This document shows, piece after piece, positions 51,756 through 63,193 of a stretch of DNA of 64,000 bases. Numbering within the stretch: position 1 is the stretch's first letter; every line of letters begins with the position of its first letter. Under the pieces are notes generated by a model that saw only the letters and a program-made list of their open reading frames with translations, made no database searches and had not been told where the DNA came from. Position numbers and translations under genes: made by a program. Source of the stretch: an uncultured Pseudomonadota bacterium (GTDB lineage Bacteria; Oederibacteriota; Muellerivitia; Muellerivitales; Muellerivitaceae); contig CAVYRH010000002.1 of NCBI GenBank assembly GCA_963770835.1, positions 32,001 through 96,000 of the forward strand. Direction: 5' to 3'.

Positions 51756-52550
51756 TTAAAAATCTTTATTTGGAGTCGAGGCCTGGGCGTAAAGCTTCTT
51801 GGGGATGCGACCCGCCAGGTAGGAAAGCCGTCCCGCTTCGGTGGCATGCCGCATGGCGTTTGCCATCTTGAGGGGATCTTTGGCATGGGCGATGGCCGTG
51901 TTCAAAAGAACGGCTACCACCCCTAGTTCCATGGCCACCGCCACATCCGAGGCCGAACCCACCCCGGCGTCGATCAAAACCGGGCATTTCAACTTCTCCA
52001 GGATGATCCGGATGTTATTGGGGTTCAAAACACCCTGACCCGAGCCAATCGGCGAACCCGCGGGCATTACCGCATGGGCACCGGCCTGTTCCAGTTTTTG
52101 GGCCATAACGGGGTCGTCGGAAGTGTAGGTCATCACCGTAAAGCCCTCCTTCACCAACACCTTGGTGGCATCCAAGGTGGCAAGGGGGTCGGGCAGGAGG
52201 GTTTTTTCATCGAAAAGGACTTCCAGTTTCACGAAATCCGAAATGCCAGTGGCACGGGCCAGGTGGGCCACCCGGATGGCCTCTTCGGCGCTATAACAAC
52301 CAGCCGTATTGGGGAGAAGGGTGTATTTCCTGGGGTTAATATAGTCAAGCAAGGTCTTTTCGCCCTTGTTGTCCAGGTTGACCCGACGCAGGGCCACTGT
52401 CACGATCTCCGTGCCCGAAGCTTCCAGGCATTGGGCCATCAAGTCGTTCGTAGCGTACTTTCCCGTTCCTACCAGTAGGCGGGAATGGAATGTCTTGCCG
52501 TTGATTTCATAGGTATCCTCGGATTTTACTTGTTCTAAGGTTGTCGTCAT
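51756..52550 (-). CDS. thiG: Thiazole synthase
   Basis: [36 protein letters not shown] overlaps the thiS stop (TGATG). Confidence 0.97.
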   Translation of the reverse strand: MTTTLEQVKSEDTYEINGKTFHSRLLVGTGKYATNDLMAQCLEASGTEIVTVALRRVNLDNKGEKTLLDYINPRKYTLLPNTAGCYSAEEAIRVAHLARATGISDFVKLEVLFDEKTLLPDPLATLDATKVLVKEGFTVMTYTSDDPVMAQKLEQAGAHAVMPAGSPIGSGQGVLNPNNIRIILEKLKCPVLIDAGVGSASDVAVAMELGVVAVLLNTAIAHAKDPLKMANAMRHATEAGRLSYLAGRIPKKLYAQASTPNKDF

Positions 52551-52750
52551 CAGCCGCCTCCAACGAATTGAATGAGTTCCACTTGGTCGCCGTCCGAAAG
52601 TTTCCAACCGGACCTTTGTTCGTTTTGCACGATTTGCCGGTTCACTTCCGCCACAACGGTTTCCTTCCGAACGCCCAACTGTCGGATTAAATCTTCCAGG
52701 GAAATACCATCTGAAAATTCCTTGTTTTCGCCGTTAATGAGAAGTTTCAT
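52550..52750 (-). CDS. thiS: Sulfur carrier protein ThiS
   Basis: 66 aa ending ELIQFVGGG, translationally coupled to thiG. Confidence 0.95.
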   Translation of the reverse strand: MKLLINGENKEFSDGISLEDLIRQLGVRKETVVAEVNRQIVQNEQRSGWKLSDGDQVELIQFVGGG

Positions 52751-52769
52751 TGAAAAACCTTTTAAAATC

Positions 52770-52916
52770 GCTGTCATTGCGAGGAGCGAACTTTGCGACG
52801 AAGCAAACTAAGTTCATGGGTGGTTTTGAAGAGTGCTGTGGAAGGCATTATTTAAGACTGTGGTTGCTTCGTCAAGACCACCCGCCTATTCGGCGAGTTT
52901 TCCTCGCAATGACAGC
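52770..52916. repeat. 147-bp palindromic REP/MITE-like element (CGTC-type) with 16-bp terminal inverted repeats
   Basis: GCTGTCATTGCGAGGA (52770-85) / TCCTCGCAATGACAGC (52901-16); inner pair GACGAAGCAA / TTGCTTCGTC. Confidence 0.8.
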
Positions 52917-52929
52917 AATTCAAATTTTT

Positions 52930-53358
52930 TCAGGAACGGTTTTTATGTTGCCGAAGTATTTCGTTGATCTTGGTTTCCATCTCGTTTTCTTCGGCGGTGT
53001 TCTCAAGGTTTAAGAACCGGTTAAGCGCGATGCGGGTGACCACGCTTCCTCTAAGGCGTTTGTCCTCGGCGAGGAGTTGTTCCAGGATTCGGATTTGCAG
53101 GAAGCGGAGTTTTGAGCTCTTTTGTTTGCCGTCGATTTTGACGCGCCGGGAACCAGCGGGTTTCTGGGACGCGTCCCGCATGGCCATCAATCTTTCGGCT
53201 GTCTTTTCGGCCTGTGTTTTTGCCGGGAAATAGGCCTTTTCGGCCGATTCCTTGGTAGTCTCTTCCCTCACCTGGCGCAGGGCTTCCAAACGCCGGATTT
53301 GTTTTTCGGCCTCAGTTAAAGGCTTCTCGGGGTCGCTCACGGGCAAATCCCTCTTCAT
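52930..53358 (-). CDS. Hypothetical protein (charged, helical)
   Basis: 142-aa ORF in the operon-like run; overlaps the upstream gene, so the start may be GTG at 53340. Confidence 0.6.
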   Translation of the reverse strand: MKRDLPVSDPEKPLTEAEKQIRRLEALRQVREETTKESAEKAYFPAKTQAEKTAERLMAMRDASQKPAGSRRVKIDGKQKSSKLRFLQIRILEQLLAEDKRLRGSVVTRIALNRFLNLENTAEENEMETKINEILRQHKNRS

Positions 53359-54271
53359 CGAAGATGAAAGGCCACTTCTTTTCCAGCCAAGGAGCCACGA
53401 AATAACAGCATAAACCTACCCCCAAACCGGCAACCACATCAACGAAATAATGATAACGCCCGTAGATGGTGCCCGCAAACAACATAATGGTTAAAAGAAG
53501 GACACCAAATCGCCATCTCCCGAGGTAGGGAAAAACCATGAGGCAGATCACCGAGGCGGCGATATGGGAGCTGGGGAAGGACCCGCCTGGAAAGGCGTTT
53601 TGCTCCACCGCCGATTGAAGCCAATCGGACACCCAATAGCCTTGAAGGGATTCCCCCAAACCCGGCATATAAAATCGGGGACTTTCCGCCGGGAGAAAAA
53701 CAAAAAGGATATAGTGCAGGAAATAAGTGAAGGTTAGGGAAAACATGAAGGTGCGGAACTTGGAAAGGGGCGCGCGAAAATAAAGCACCAGGGCGGAGAG
53801 GGGCAGGAGGAGAAAATAAAAGCTGTAGCCGATGCTAAAAAATTCGTTTAAAAGGCGGCTTGGGGGATAAAACTGCTGCTGGTTCCAAACGCGCATCCCA
53901 ATCTTTCCCATCTCGTTATCGACGCTAAAAAGCCATTCATCCAGGGTCCAGTCAAAATACTGGTGCACCAAAAGCCCCACTTCGCGGTAGAAAAAAATCA
54001 TGACGATAAGGGGATAAAATTCGCGGGCAAAAGACACGACGGGATTGGAAAAATTCCTTAGATTCCAAAGGAAAACCGACAAGGCCAGGAAGACCAACGC
54101 GTGGAGCCCCACCAAGTGTAGCTTCTCCTCAAAGGAAAGGTTGCCGGCCAGGATAAGGCCCGACATCAATACTTGGTAAATCAGCACGAGTGAGTCCACC
54201 GGTTTAATCCAGGGCTCTCCGGCTTTTCGGGGCTTCGGCGGATTACTTTTTGGAGTTGTCATTGTGGGCAC
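53312..54271 (-). CDS. PAP2-superfamily membrane protein of the Aur1/inositol-phosphorylceramide-synthase-like (PAP2_3) type
   Basis: FLPAESPRF, SFPSSH, GRYHYFVDVVAG; about 8 TMs. Confidence 0.85.
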   Translation of the reverse strand: MPTMTTPKSNPPKPRKAGEPWIKPVDSLVLIYQVLMSGLILAGNLSFEEKLHLVGLHALVFLALSVFLWNLRNFSNPVVSFAREFYPLIVMIFFYREVGLLVHQYFDWTLDEWLFSVDNEMGKIGMRVWNQQQFYPPSRLLNEFFSIGYSFYFLLLPLSALVLYFRAPLSKFRTFMFSLTFTYFLHYILFVFLPAESPRFYMPGLGESLQGYWVSDWLQSAVEQNAFPGGSFPSSHIAASVICLMVFPYLGRWRFGVLLLTIMLFAGTIYGRYHYFVDVVAGLGVGLCCYFVAPWLEKKWPFIFDEEGFARERPREAFN

Positions 54272-54338
54272 GCTTTTTTAGACGCCTTATTTCACTTTTA
54301 GTATTAAAAAATTAATTTCAAGTCAAAGTTTTCCGGAA

Positions 54339-56660
54339 TTACCACGGCTTAATAACGGAACTCTTCGGTTCCTGGCCCGCCAGGGCCATCTTCAACATGT
54401 AGACCAGCGCTTCGCCCGCCGAGCGGTTCCCTTTAATTTTTAAAAGGCTGATGGAATAGGAGGGAATCTCAAAATCATACCGCTGGTCGAGGCCCGCCTC
54501 CACGCTCAGTTCGGCATCACTCCCGTTCAAAAGGGTTTTGGGCCTCCAATAGCGGTCGCCTTTGTTGATGATCATCAGGGTGACATCCTTGGATTTGGGG
54601 TCCTGGGTGGCGTAAACGGACATTTCGGGGTTTTGGATCTGGGCCGGTACGACCTTACCATGGATCATTTGTCCCCAGAGTTTCAAGGCCCAGTAAGAGG
54701 GTAGGGCTTGAAAAGAGACTCCCGCCGAAGCGCCCCGCCAAGAATAGGAGGAGGCATCCATGGCCAAATGTTTATTGAGGAATTCCCCCTTTTTATCAGC
54801 CTCCCAAAGGGCTTCCCACATCTGGATCGTCACCCCGGCCTCCTTGGTCGTGGATATGACGGCGGCGGCGCAAGCGCTTTCCCCTGTTACCAAGAGGGGC
54901 AAATCAAAATCCGTGTTCTGGTAAATCTTGTCCCGTAGGGCTTGAACCAGGGAGTCTTCCTGGCGGAGATCGACCCGGATAGACACCGGCAGGTTGGCGG
55001 CTTGAAAGGAAGCATAACGGTGGATCGAAATGCCCTCAACAATATCCCCGTTGTACCGCAGGAAAGAGCTGATCCAGTCGTTTTCGTCCCGGCTGTATTT
55101 CGACGCCGCTTCGGGACCCAATACGATGATCGAAGGGTCTTCCCGCTTCATGGCGTTGTAGAGAATGCGGAAGTCGTTGACGTAATCGTAGGCATTGTAG
55201 TTTTCTACGCCTTTCACGCCCATGTCCGGCTCATCACCCACCGCCCAAAACCGGATATTGTAATTTTTCACCACGTTGGCGTAATGCACCCACTGGGCCG
55301 GCCCTTCCAAATCGGCACGGTTGATGGGAACCACTACCATCGTTTCCGCCCCGATTTTCCGGGCGTAAACGGCGAAATGGTCCAGCAGGGTTTCTCTATC
55401 TTCCAAGTCCGGCTGGGACGCGGACAGGTTCAACCGGATCAACCCGGGATTTAGTGGGTTTAACAGTGGGGCAAGGGTGTCGAATTGTTCAGCGGACCCC
55501 GGCGGGATGGACTGTCCAAAAAAGAAAGGACTCACGCTGACCAAGGAAGAACCAAAGCCTGCCGGCAGGGGAGATAAGCGCAGGGTGACCGCTTTGGCAT
55601 GGAGCTCCAAAGGGGAAACCGAGACTACGTTACCATTCAGCCGCCCATAAAAGACCGTCTTATCGTAGATTTTAATCTTGGGGAGCTGGAAGGTGCCTTG
55701 GGAGTCGGTTCGGGTTTGTTGGGTCTTGGGCCAAGTAGAAACGAGGACTCCCGACAAAGGTTTCCCAGCCGCATCCAACGCGACGCCGGCGATGGTCTTG
55801 ATTCCGCCGTAAGTAGCGCCACGGGTTCCATCGTGGACTAATTCAGCGTAAAGATCCTCGGACTGCTCGAAAGGAACCGCCTGCTCGATTTTTCCGATCC
55901 ACTGGGCCCGGGGCCAAGTCGAGGGGTCTTCTGGATCCGAACCCTTCCCCGCGTAATCCAGTTCGACGATCCGGTAACCGCTGAGCGCCCCGCCCTTGTC
56001 CAGGGCGGCGTCAAGCCTGAGAGGTTTGCCTGCTCCCAGGTCGAGGCCCTGGAAATACGCCAGGGGAATGCAAGCTTCCATCAAATACCCTTTGAGTGTC
56101 TTGCGGGCGACAAGCCGCGAACCCGAAATAGTCTCGTCCCTGTTAAAGCAATACATCAGGGGGCTTTTGCAATCAGCTCCTGGCGAAAGGCCGATATGGT
56201 AGTCCCCCTTGGCTAGGTGGGACGGGCTTACGAGTTCAGAACGTGTAGAGAAGAACAATTCCAAGCAATCGCCGTTCCAAAGTGACCGCAGATCGCTGGC
56301 ATTGACCACATTGTTGCTCTTCTGAAGGGCACTAAGATTAACGGTATCGACGACACTGCCGGCTTTTTGGACGATGGCCGCCACATAAAGATACTGTTCG
56401 TCGTAGGTAACGAAAACGCGGCCATTGAAATCGTCCTCTCCCTTCCAAAAATTCTTTCCAAGGACGACTTGGTCCTTCAGGCCCAGGTAGATCATCCGCG
56501 CCTCGGGCCAGTCGTTCAGGTGGCCATCCACCCGGATGGGAACATTAGTCTGGTTGATGGTCAGGGGGGTGGTTGTCGGTAAGGGGGTTTGGCCGAAAAC
56601 CGGAACAACAACGGCAAATTCCACCACAAAGACGTAGAGACGCCAAGTTTTAAGATTCAT
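54339..56660 (-). CDS. Secreted CBM9/DOMON-like + beta-sandwich + GH-A-like TIM-barrel protein
   Basis: IRVDGHLNDW, YDEQYLYVA, LWNGDCLELF, GYLMEACIP; TRTDSQGTF; WVHYAN..FWAVGDEPD, GPE, SIHRY; LMIINK. Confidence 0.75.
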   Translation of the reverse strand: MNLKTWRLYVFVVEFAVVVPVFGQTPLPTTTPLTINQTNVPIRVDGHLNDWPEARMIYLGLKDQVVLGKNFWKGEDDFNGRVFVTYDEQYLYVAAIVQKAGSVVDTVNLSALQKSNNVVNASDLRSLWNGDCLELFFSTRSELVSPSHLAKGDYHIGLSPGADCKSPLMYCFNRDETISGSRLVARKTLKGYLMEACIPLAYFQGLDLGAGKPLRLDAALDKGGALSGYRIVELDYAGKGSDPEDPSTWPRAQWIGKIEQAVPFEQSEDLYAELVHDGTRGATYGGIKTIAGVALDAAGKPLSGVLVSTWPKTQQTRTDSQGTFQLPKIKIYDKTVFYGRLNGNVVSVSPLELHAKAVTLRLSPLPAGFGSSLVSVSPFFFGQSIPPGSAEQFDTLAPLLNPLNPGLIRLNLSASQPDLEDRETLLDHFAVYARKIGAETMVVVPINRADLEGPAQWVHYANVVKNYNIRFWAVGDEPDMGVKGVENYNAYDYVNDFRILYNAMKREDPSIIVLGPEAASKYSRDENDWISSFLRYNGDIVEGISIHRYASFQAANLPVSIRVDLRQEDSLVQALRDKIYQNTDFDLPLLVTGESACAAAVISTTKEAGVTIQMWEALWEADKKGEFLNKHLAMDASSYSWRGASAGVSFQALPSYWALKLWGQMIHGKVVPAQIQNPEMSVYATQDPKSKDVTLMIINKGDRYWRPKTLLNGSDAELSVEAGLDQRYDFEIPSYSISLLKIKGNRSAGEALVYMLKMALAGQEPKSSVIKPW

Positions 56661-56714
56661 TTAAAACCTTTAAAACAATGAATAAACACCAAACATTCTA
56701 ACCACTTGACTTAA

Positions 56715-56769
56715 AACAAAAAAGACGAACCCAAGTCTGCTTTTAAGCACGACTTAAAAGTCCGTCTTC
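56715..56769 (-). terminator. Terminator-like hairpin after gltD
   Basis: AAGACGGAC..GTTCGTCTT followed by TTTTGTTTT on the minus strand. Confidence 0.55.
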
Positions 56770-56810
56770 CATAAGTCTTTCTTGAAGTCTTGGGGGCTAA
56801 ATTGGTTCTT

Positions 56811-58256
56811 CTAAAGCGGACTGGGAAGCGTCGTCTCCCCCATCAGCCACAGGTCGCAGCCCCGGGCCGCGGCGCGGCCCTCGGCAATGGCCCAGACGAT
56901 CAAGGATTGGCCGCGGGTCATGTCTCCGGCCACGAAGACACCCGGCACGCTGGTCATCTTGTTTGCGTCGGCCTTGACGTTAGATCGTTGATCCAGTTCG
57001 ATCCCCAACTTCTCGAACAGCGGGTTCTTTTCCGGACCCAGGAAACCCATGGCCAAAAGCACCAAATCGGCCGGAATTTCGAATTCGCTTCCGGCGATTT
57101 CCTGCAGCTTCGGGGGACCCGAGGGTTGGGGAATCCATTCCACCTTCACGCCCTTGAGTTTCTTCACCACGCCGTTTTCACCCGTGAATTCCTTGGTGGA
57201 GACGCTGTAAAGAATCTCCCCGCCTTCCTCATGGGCCGGAGCCACGCGTAAAATGCGGGCCCATTGGGGCCACGGATTATCCGTGGCCCTTTCGGCTGGA
57301 GGCTTGGGAAGGACTTCCAGGGAAGTGACGCTTTTGGCGCCCTGGCGGTGGGCGGTACCAATACAGTCCGCGCCCGTGTCGCCGCCGCCGATCACGATGA
57401 CGTGCTTGTCCTTGGCCGTAATCTGGTTTTCGACCTTATCGCCTTCCCGCACCTTGTTGGACTGGGTCAGGTATTCCATGGCGAAATGAACGCCTTTCAG
57501 TTCCCTTCCTGGAACGGGCAGGTTGCGGGGCTGGGTGGCCCCTCCCGCCAGGACAATGGCGTCGAAATTCTTTTTTAGATCCTCAATGGGCACATTGTGG
57601 CCGATGTTGGCGCTGGTCTTGAACTCCACGCCCTCCGCCTTCATTTGTTCCATCCGCCGGTCCACATGCCGCTTTTCCATCTTGAATTCGGGAATGCCGT
57701 AGCGGAGCAGCCCGCCGATGCGGTCCGCGCGCTCGAATACCGTCACCCGGTGCCCCACCCGGGCCAGTTGTTGTGCGGCCGCCAGGCCCGCCGGGCCCGA
57801 ACCCACCACGGCCACTTTCTTGCCGGTGAGGTTCTTGGGCGGCATGGGCTTGACCCAGCCTTCCTTCCAGGCGTGGTCGATGATGGAAACTTCGATGTTC
57901 TTGATGGTGACCGGCTGTTTGTACACGTCCAGGCCGAGCACGCAGGAATTTTCGCAAGGGGCCGGGCAAAGACGGCCGGTGAATTCGGGGAAATTATTGG
58001 TGGCGTGCAGGCGTTCAATGGCTTCCCGCCAGCGGTCGCGGTAGACCAGGTCGTTCCAATCCGGGATGATGTTGCCCAGGGGACAGCCCTGGTGGCAGAA
58101 AGGCACGCCGCAATCCATACAGCGGGCGGCCTGGCTCTTCAGCTCGGCCGGGTCGGCGGGCAGCACGTATTCTTTCCAGTCCTTGACGCGCTCCACCACG
58201 GGCCGCTTGTGGGGCATCTCCCGTCCCGTTTCCATGAATCCTGTCGGTTTTCCCAT
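56811..58256 (-). CDS. gltD: Glutamate synthase small subunit
   Basis: [66 protein letters not shown]. Confidence 0.98.
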   Translation of the reverse strand: MGKPTGFMETGREMPHKRPVVERVKDWKEYVLPADPAELKSQAARCMDCGVPFCHQGCPLGNIIPDWNDLVYRDRWREAIERLHATNNFPEFTGRLCPAPCENSCVLGLDVYKQPVTIKNIEVSIIDHAWKEGWVKPMPPKNLTGKKVAVVGSGPAGLAAAQQLARVGHRVTVFERADRIGGLLRYGIPEFKMEKRHVDRRMEQMKAEGVEFKTSANIGHNVPIEDLKKNFDAIVLAGGATQPRNLPVPGRELKGVHFAMEYLTQSNKVREGDKVENQITAKDKHVIVIGGGDTGADCIGTAHRQGAKSVTSLEVLPKPPAERATDNPWPQWARILRVAPAHEEGGEILYSVSTKEFTGENGVVKKLKGVKVEWIPQPSGPPKLQEIAGSEFEIPADLVLLAMGFLGPEKNPLFEKLGIELDQRSNVKADANKMTSVPGVFVAGDMTRGQSLIVWAIAEGRAAARGCDLWLMGETTLPSPL

Positions 58257-58306
58257 TTTTCCCTCAGATAAAGCTGACAGTTGTCAGCGGATAGTTGCCG
58301 GCCGGC

Positions 58307-61300
58307 TTAAGCCACTGCCACCGGTTTGGCCGCGGCGTCTTTTTGTGCCTGCAGGGCCTTTTTATAATCCACCGGCATGACCTTTACGAACTGTTTGGAC
58401 AGCTTGTCCCAATCCTTCAGGAGAACCCCAGCCACCGTGCTCCCGGTAAATTCCTGGTGTTTGCGCAGCATGTTCTGGATGAATTTCAGGTCCTCGTCTT
58501 CCAACTCCTCCAGGGCCACCATTTCCTTGTTACACCGGATGTCGAAGTCGCCGGTTTTGTTCCAAACATAGGCGATGCCGCCCGACATTCCAGCCGCGAA
58601 ATTGCGTCCGGTGTCGCCGATCACCACCACCTTGCCGCCGGTCATGTACTCGCAGCCGTGGTCGCCCACGCCCTCCACCACAGCTTCCACACCCGAGTTG
58701 CGCACGCCGAAGCGCTCCCCGGCCTTGCCGCGGATATAAACCTCGCCGCTGGTGGCGCCGTAAAGAAGCACATTGCCCACGATGATGTTTTCCTCCGGCA
58801 CGAAAGTGGCGTCCTTGGGCGGATACACCATGATTTTGCCGCCGCAAAGGCCCTTGCCCAAATAGTCGTTGGCGTCCCCTTCCAGGCGAAGGGTCATCCC
58901 CTTGGGCACGAAGGCGGCGAAACTGTTTCCCGCGGACCCCTTGAAGGTGATCTGGATGGTGTCATCGGGCAGTCCTTTGGCACCGTGTTTGCGGGATATT
59001 TCCGCGCCGACCATGGTTCCCACCGTGCGATTGATGTTGCGGATGGGCACCTCAAACTTAACGGGTTTTTTCTCCTCGATAGCCGGCTTGCAACGCTCCA
59101 TCAAAACTTCGTTGTCCAAGGCTTTGTCCAGGCCGTGGTCCTGTTTTTGAACGCAGTAAACCGGGCCCAGATTGGATTCCCCTGGCTTGTAGAAGATGGC
59201 CGACAAATCCAGGCCCTTGGATTTCCAATGGGCGATGGCCTCGTTCATTTCCAACAGTTCCGAATGGCCCACCATCTCATTAATGGTCTTGAAACCCAGT
59301 TCGGCCATGATTTCGCGCATCTCCTCGGCGATGAACATCATGAAATTGACCACATATTCGGGCTTGCCCGTGAACTTCTTGCGGAGCTCGGGATTTTGGG
59401 TGGCAATGCCTACCGGGCAGGTGTCCAGGTGGCAAACCCTCATCATGATGCAACCCTCGGCGACGAGGGCGGCGGTGGCGAAACCGTACTCCTCGGCGCC
59501 CAAGAGGCAGGCAATGGCCACGTCCCGGCCGGTCTTCAATTGGCCGTCGGTCTGGACCGTGATGCGGTCCCGAAGGCGGTTTTTGACCAGGATCTGGTGG
59601 GTTTCGGCCAAGCCTAGTTCCCAGGGCGCGCCAGCGAACTTGATGGAGGTCAGGGGGGAGGCGCCCGTGCCGCCGTCATGCCCGCTGATCAAGCACATGG
59701 TCCGCGTGGGCCTTGCAAACCCCCGCCGCGACCGTCCCTACCCCGATCTCGGCCACCAGCTTGACCGAAATGCGGGCGTATTTATTGGCGTTTTTCAGAT
59801 CGTGGATGAGCTGGGCCAGATCCTCAATGGAGTAAATGTCGTGGTGCGGCGGGGGCGAAATGAGGCCCACGAAAGGCGTCGCGAACCGGGTCTTGGCGAT
59901 CCAGGGATAAACTTTCTTGCCGGGCAATTGGCCGCCCTCCCCCGGCTTGGCGCCTTGCGCCATCTTGATTTGAAGCTCCTTGGCGTTGACCATGTAATGG
60001 CTGGTCACGCCGAAACGGCCCGAGGCCACCTGCTTGATGGCCGAATTGCGGGAGTCGCCGTTGGGCTCGGGAATATAACGGTCCTCATCCTCGCCGCCCT
60101 CGCCCGTGTTGGATTTGCCGCCGATGCGGTTCATGGCGATGGCGAGCGTCTGGTGGGCTTCCTGGCTGATGGAGCCATAGGACATGGCCCCGGTGGCGAA
60201 GCGCTTCACGATCTCGGAAGCGGGTTCCACCTGGTCGAGCGGGATGGGGTTTCCCTTCTTGAACTTGAACAAGCCCCGCAGGGTGGCCAGGGCGCGGCGA
60301 TTGCTCGTTCACTTCGGAGGAATAAGCCTTGAAAATCTTGTAGTTGCTGGTCCGTACCGCGTTCTGGAGTTTATGGACCGTATCGGGGTTGAAGAGATGC
60401 TTTTCCCCGTCGCGGCGCCATTGGTAGCGTCCGCCCCAGTCCAAGTCCAGTTCGCGGGCGGGCCTTTCCGGGAAGGCGCCCCGGTGCCGTTTCTCGGATT
60501 CGGCGGCCACTTCGTTGATGCCGATTCCCTGGATGCGGCTGGCGGTCCAAGTGAAATACTTGTCGATGAATTCGGAATTGAGTCCCACGGCCTCGAAGAT
60601 CTGCGCGCCCCGGTAGCTTTGGATGGTCGAAATGCCCATCTTGGACATGACCTTGACGATGCCCTTGTTGGCGGCCTTGATGTATTTCTTCACGGCCGTC
60701 TTATGGTCGATGTCGGAAGGCAGGATGCCGCGGCGGATCATGTCGTCCAGGGTCTCGAAGGCCAGGTAGGGGTTGATGGCGTTGGCGCCATAGCCCAACA
60801 GCAAGCGCGAAATGGTGGACTTCCCGGGGTTCCCCCGATTCCACGATCAAGTCCCACTTTGGTCCGTTCGCCCTTTTTGATCAGATGGTGGTGCACGCCG
60901 GAGGTGGCCAGGAGGCTCGGGATAGGGGCATTGTCGTGATCCAGGCCCCGGTCGGTCAGGATGATGATCTGGTACCCCTCCTTGCACGGCCCTGCTGGCC
61001 TTTTCGCAGGTACTTGCTCAATGGCCTTGGCCAATCCGGCGCCGCCTTCCGCCACCTTATAAAGGATGGGCAGGGTGACGGCTTTGTAGTTCTTGAACTT
61101 CGATATGGGTGAACTTGGCCAATTCGTCGTTGTCCAGCACCGGGCTCTTCAGTTCGATCTGGCGGCAGGACTCGGGGGTTGGCTTCAGCAGGTTCCCCTC
61201 GGGGCCGACGGTGGTATTGACCGAAGTCACCAGTTCCTCGCGGATGGCGTCCAAGGGCGGGTTGGTGACCTGGGCGAACAACTGGTTGAAGTAGTTGAAG

Positions 61301-62868
61301 AGGGGTTGGGCCTGGTTGGACAAGACGGCCAGGGGCGTGTCATCCCCCATGCGATCCGATGGCTTCTTCCCCGTTGGTGGCCATGGGGGCCATCAGGATA
61401 CGGACGTCCTCGTGGGTATAGCCGAAGGCCTTCTGGCGTTTCAGGACCGTTTCGTGGTCCGGTTCGGGCACGTGCGGCGCCTCGGGCAGCTTGTCCAGGG
61501 AAGTCAGGTTTTCCTTCAGCCACTCGCCATAAGGCTGCGCCTTGGAGATTTTTTCCTTCAATTCAACGTCGTCAATGATGCGGCCCTCATTCAAGTCGAT
61601 CAGGAACATCTTGCCGGGTTCCAAGCGGCCCTTTTTCAAGACCCGCTGGGAAGGTCGATATCCAGGACACCCACTTCGGAGGCCATGATGACCAGATCGT
61701 CCTTGGTCACGTAATAGCGCGAGGGCCTGAGGCCGTTGCGATCCAGGACCGCGCCGATGACTTTGCCGTCGGTAAAGGCGATGGAAGCCGGGCCGTCCCA
61801 GGGCTCCATCAGGCAGGAATGGTAGTGGTAGAAGTCCTTCTTGTACTGGGGCATGGTGGCGTGGCCCGTCCAGGCCTCGGGAATCATCATCATCATGGCA
61901 TGGGGCAGGCTGCGGCCCGCCATGACCAATATTTCCAGCGCGTTGTCGAAAGTGGCCGAGTCGGACTGACCTTCCCGGACGATGGGCAGGAGCTTTTTCA
62001 TTTCCTCCGGGGTGTAGTGGTCGCTTGCGAAGAGCGCTTCCCGCGCGTGCATCCAGTTGATGTTTCCGCGCAGCGTGTTGATTTCCCCGTTGTGGGCGAT
62101 ATAGCGGAAAGGATGGGCCAGGTCCCAGGAGGGGAAGGTGTTGGTGGAAAACCTGGAATGGACCAGGGCCAGGGCCGACTCCACTCGCAGTGTCCCGGAG
62201 ATCGCGGAAATAGGGGGCCACCTGGCCGGGCGTCAGCATGCCCTTTGTAGACCAGCGTGCGGCAGGAAAGGCTGGCGACGTAGAAAAGGTGTTTCTCGGT
62301 GAGGATGGACGCGGCCACGGTGTTTTCAACCCTCTTGCGGATGAGGAAAAGCTTCCGCTCGAAAGCGTCCTGGTCCTTGATGTCCTTGGACTTGCCGATG
62401 AAGACCTGCTTCATGACTGGTTCGGCGGCGCGGGCCGTCGGCCCGACTTCGCTGTTATCGGTGGGAACCAGGCGCCAGCCCAGGAGGGTTTGCCCCTCTT
62501 CCTTCACAACCTTGCTCAAAAACATCCTCGCAAAACTTGATGTGGTCGGCCAGCTTGGGCAGGAAAACCACGCCTACCCCGTAGTCCCCCTCCGGCGGCA
62601 AGGTCAGGTTGAAGACCGCCGCATTCTTGCGGAAAAACTTGTCAGGGATTTGGATCAAGATCCCGGCGCCGTCGCCCGTATTGGTCTCGCAACCGCAGGC
62701 GCCCCGGTGGGAAAGGTTGAGAAGAATCTCGACGCCCTGCTGGACGATCTCATGGGATTTCTTGTTCTTCATGTTGGCGACAAAACCCACACCGCAGGAA
62801 TCTTTACCGGCGTCGAAAGGGGCGATCAGGTTTTCGTTGGGATTGGCTTGAATCGGTCGGTCGGACAT
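58307..62868 (-). CDS. gltB: Glutamate synthase large subunit, split by about 10 frameshifts (probably sequencing errors)
   Basis: Colinear fragments: [88 protein letters not shown] at 62868 with GGAG. Confidence 0.95.
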
Positions 62869-63193
62869 CTTTTCTTCTCCTAGAACCCTCGGGATTGCGA
62901 ACCGCATTTTCAGGGTTAAAAAAAGCGGCCTCTTTGGGGGGCCGCTAGCTACCTCCAGCATCGAATGGGGGAGTTAAATTACAGTATATAGTATGTATTT
63001 TCAAGCAAACTTCATACCACTCGTGGTGTCAACCCCGGACCCGGAAACATCAGAAAAAAATCGGAATCTAGCGGATCAAGGGCAATGGGTCGGTCCTGTT
63101 AGACCATCAAAAAAAGGCCTGCCAGAACAAAATTGTCGTAAAACGCTAACGATCCAACCTCAAGGACGGATATCCGCCTGGGGCAGGCCCCCC

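Noticed and set aside
59676..62525. Programmed frameshifting or alternative genetic code as the cause of the split gltB
   Set aside because: Breaks are numerous frame changes at heterogeneous sites, not in-frame stops; TGA, TAA and TAG end other genes normally
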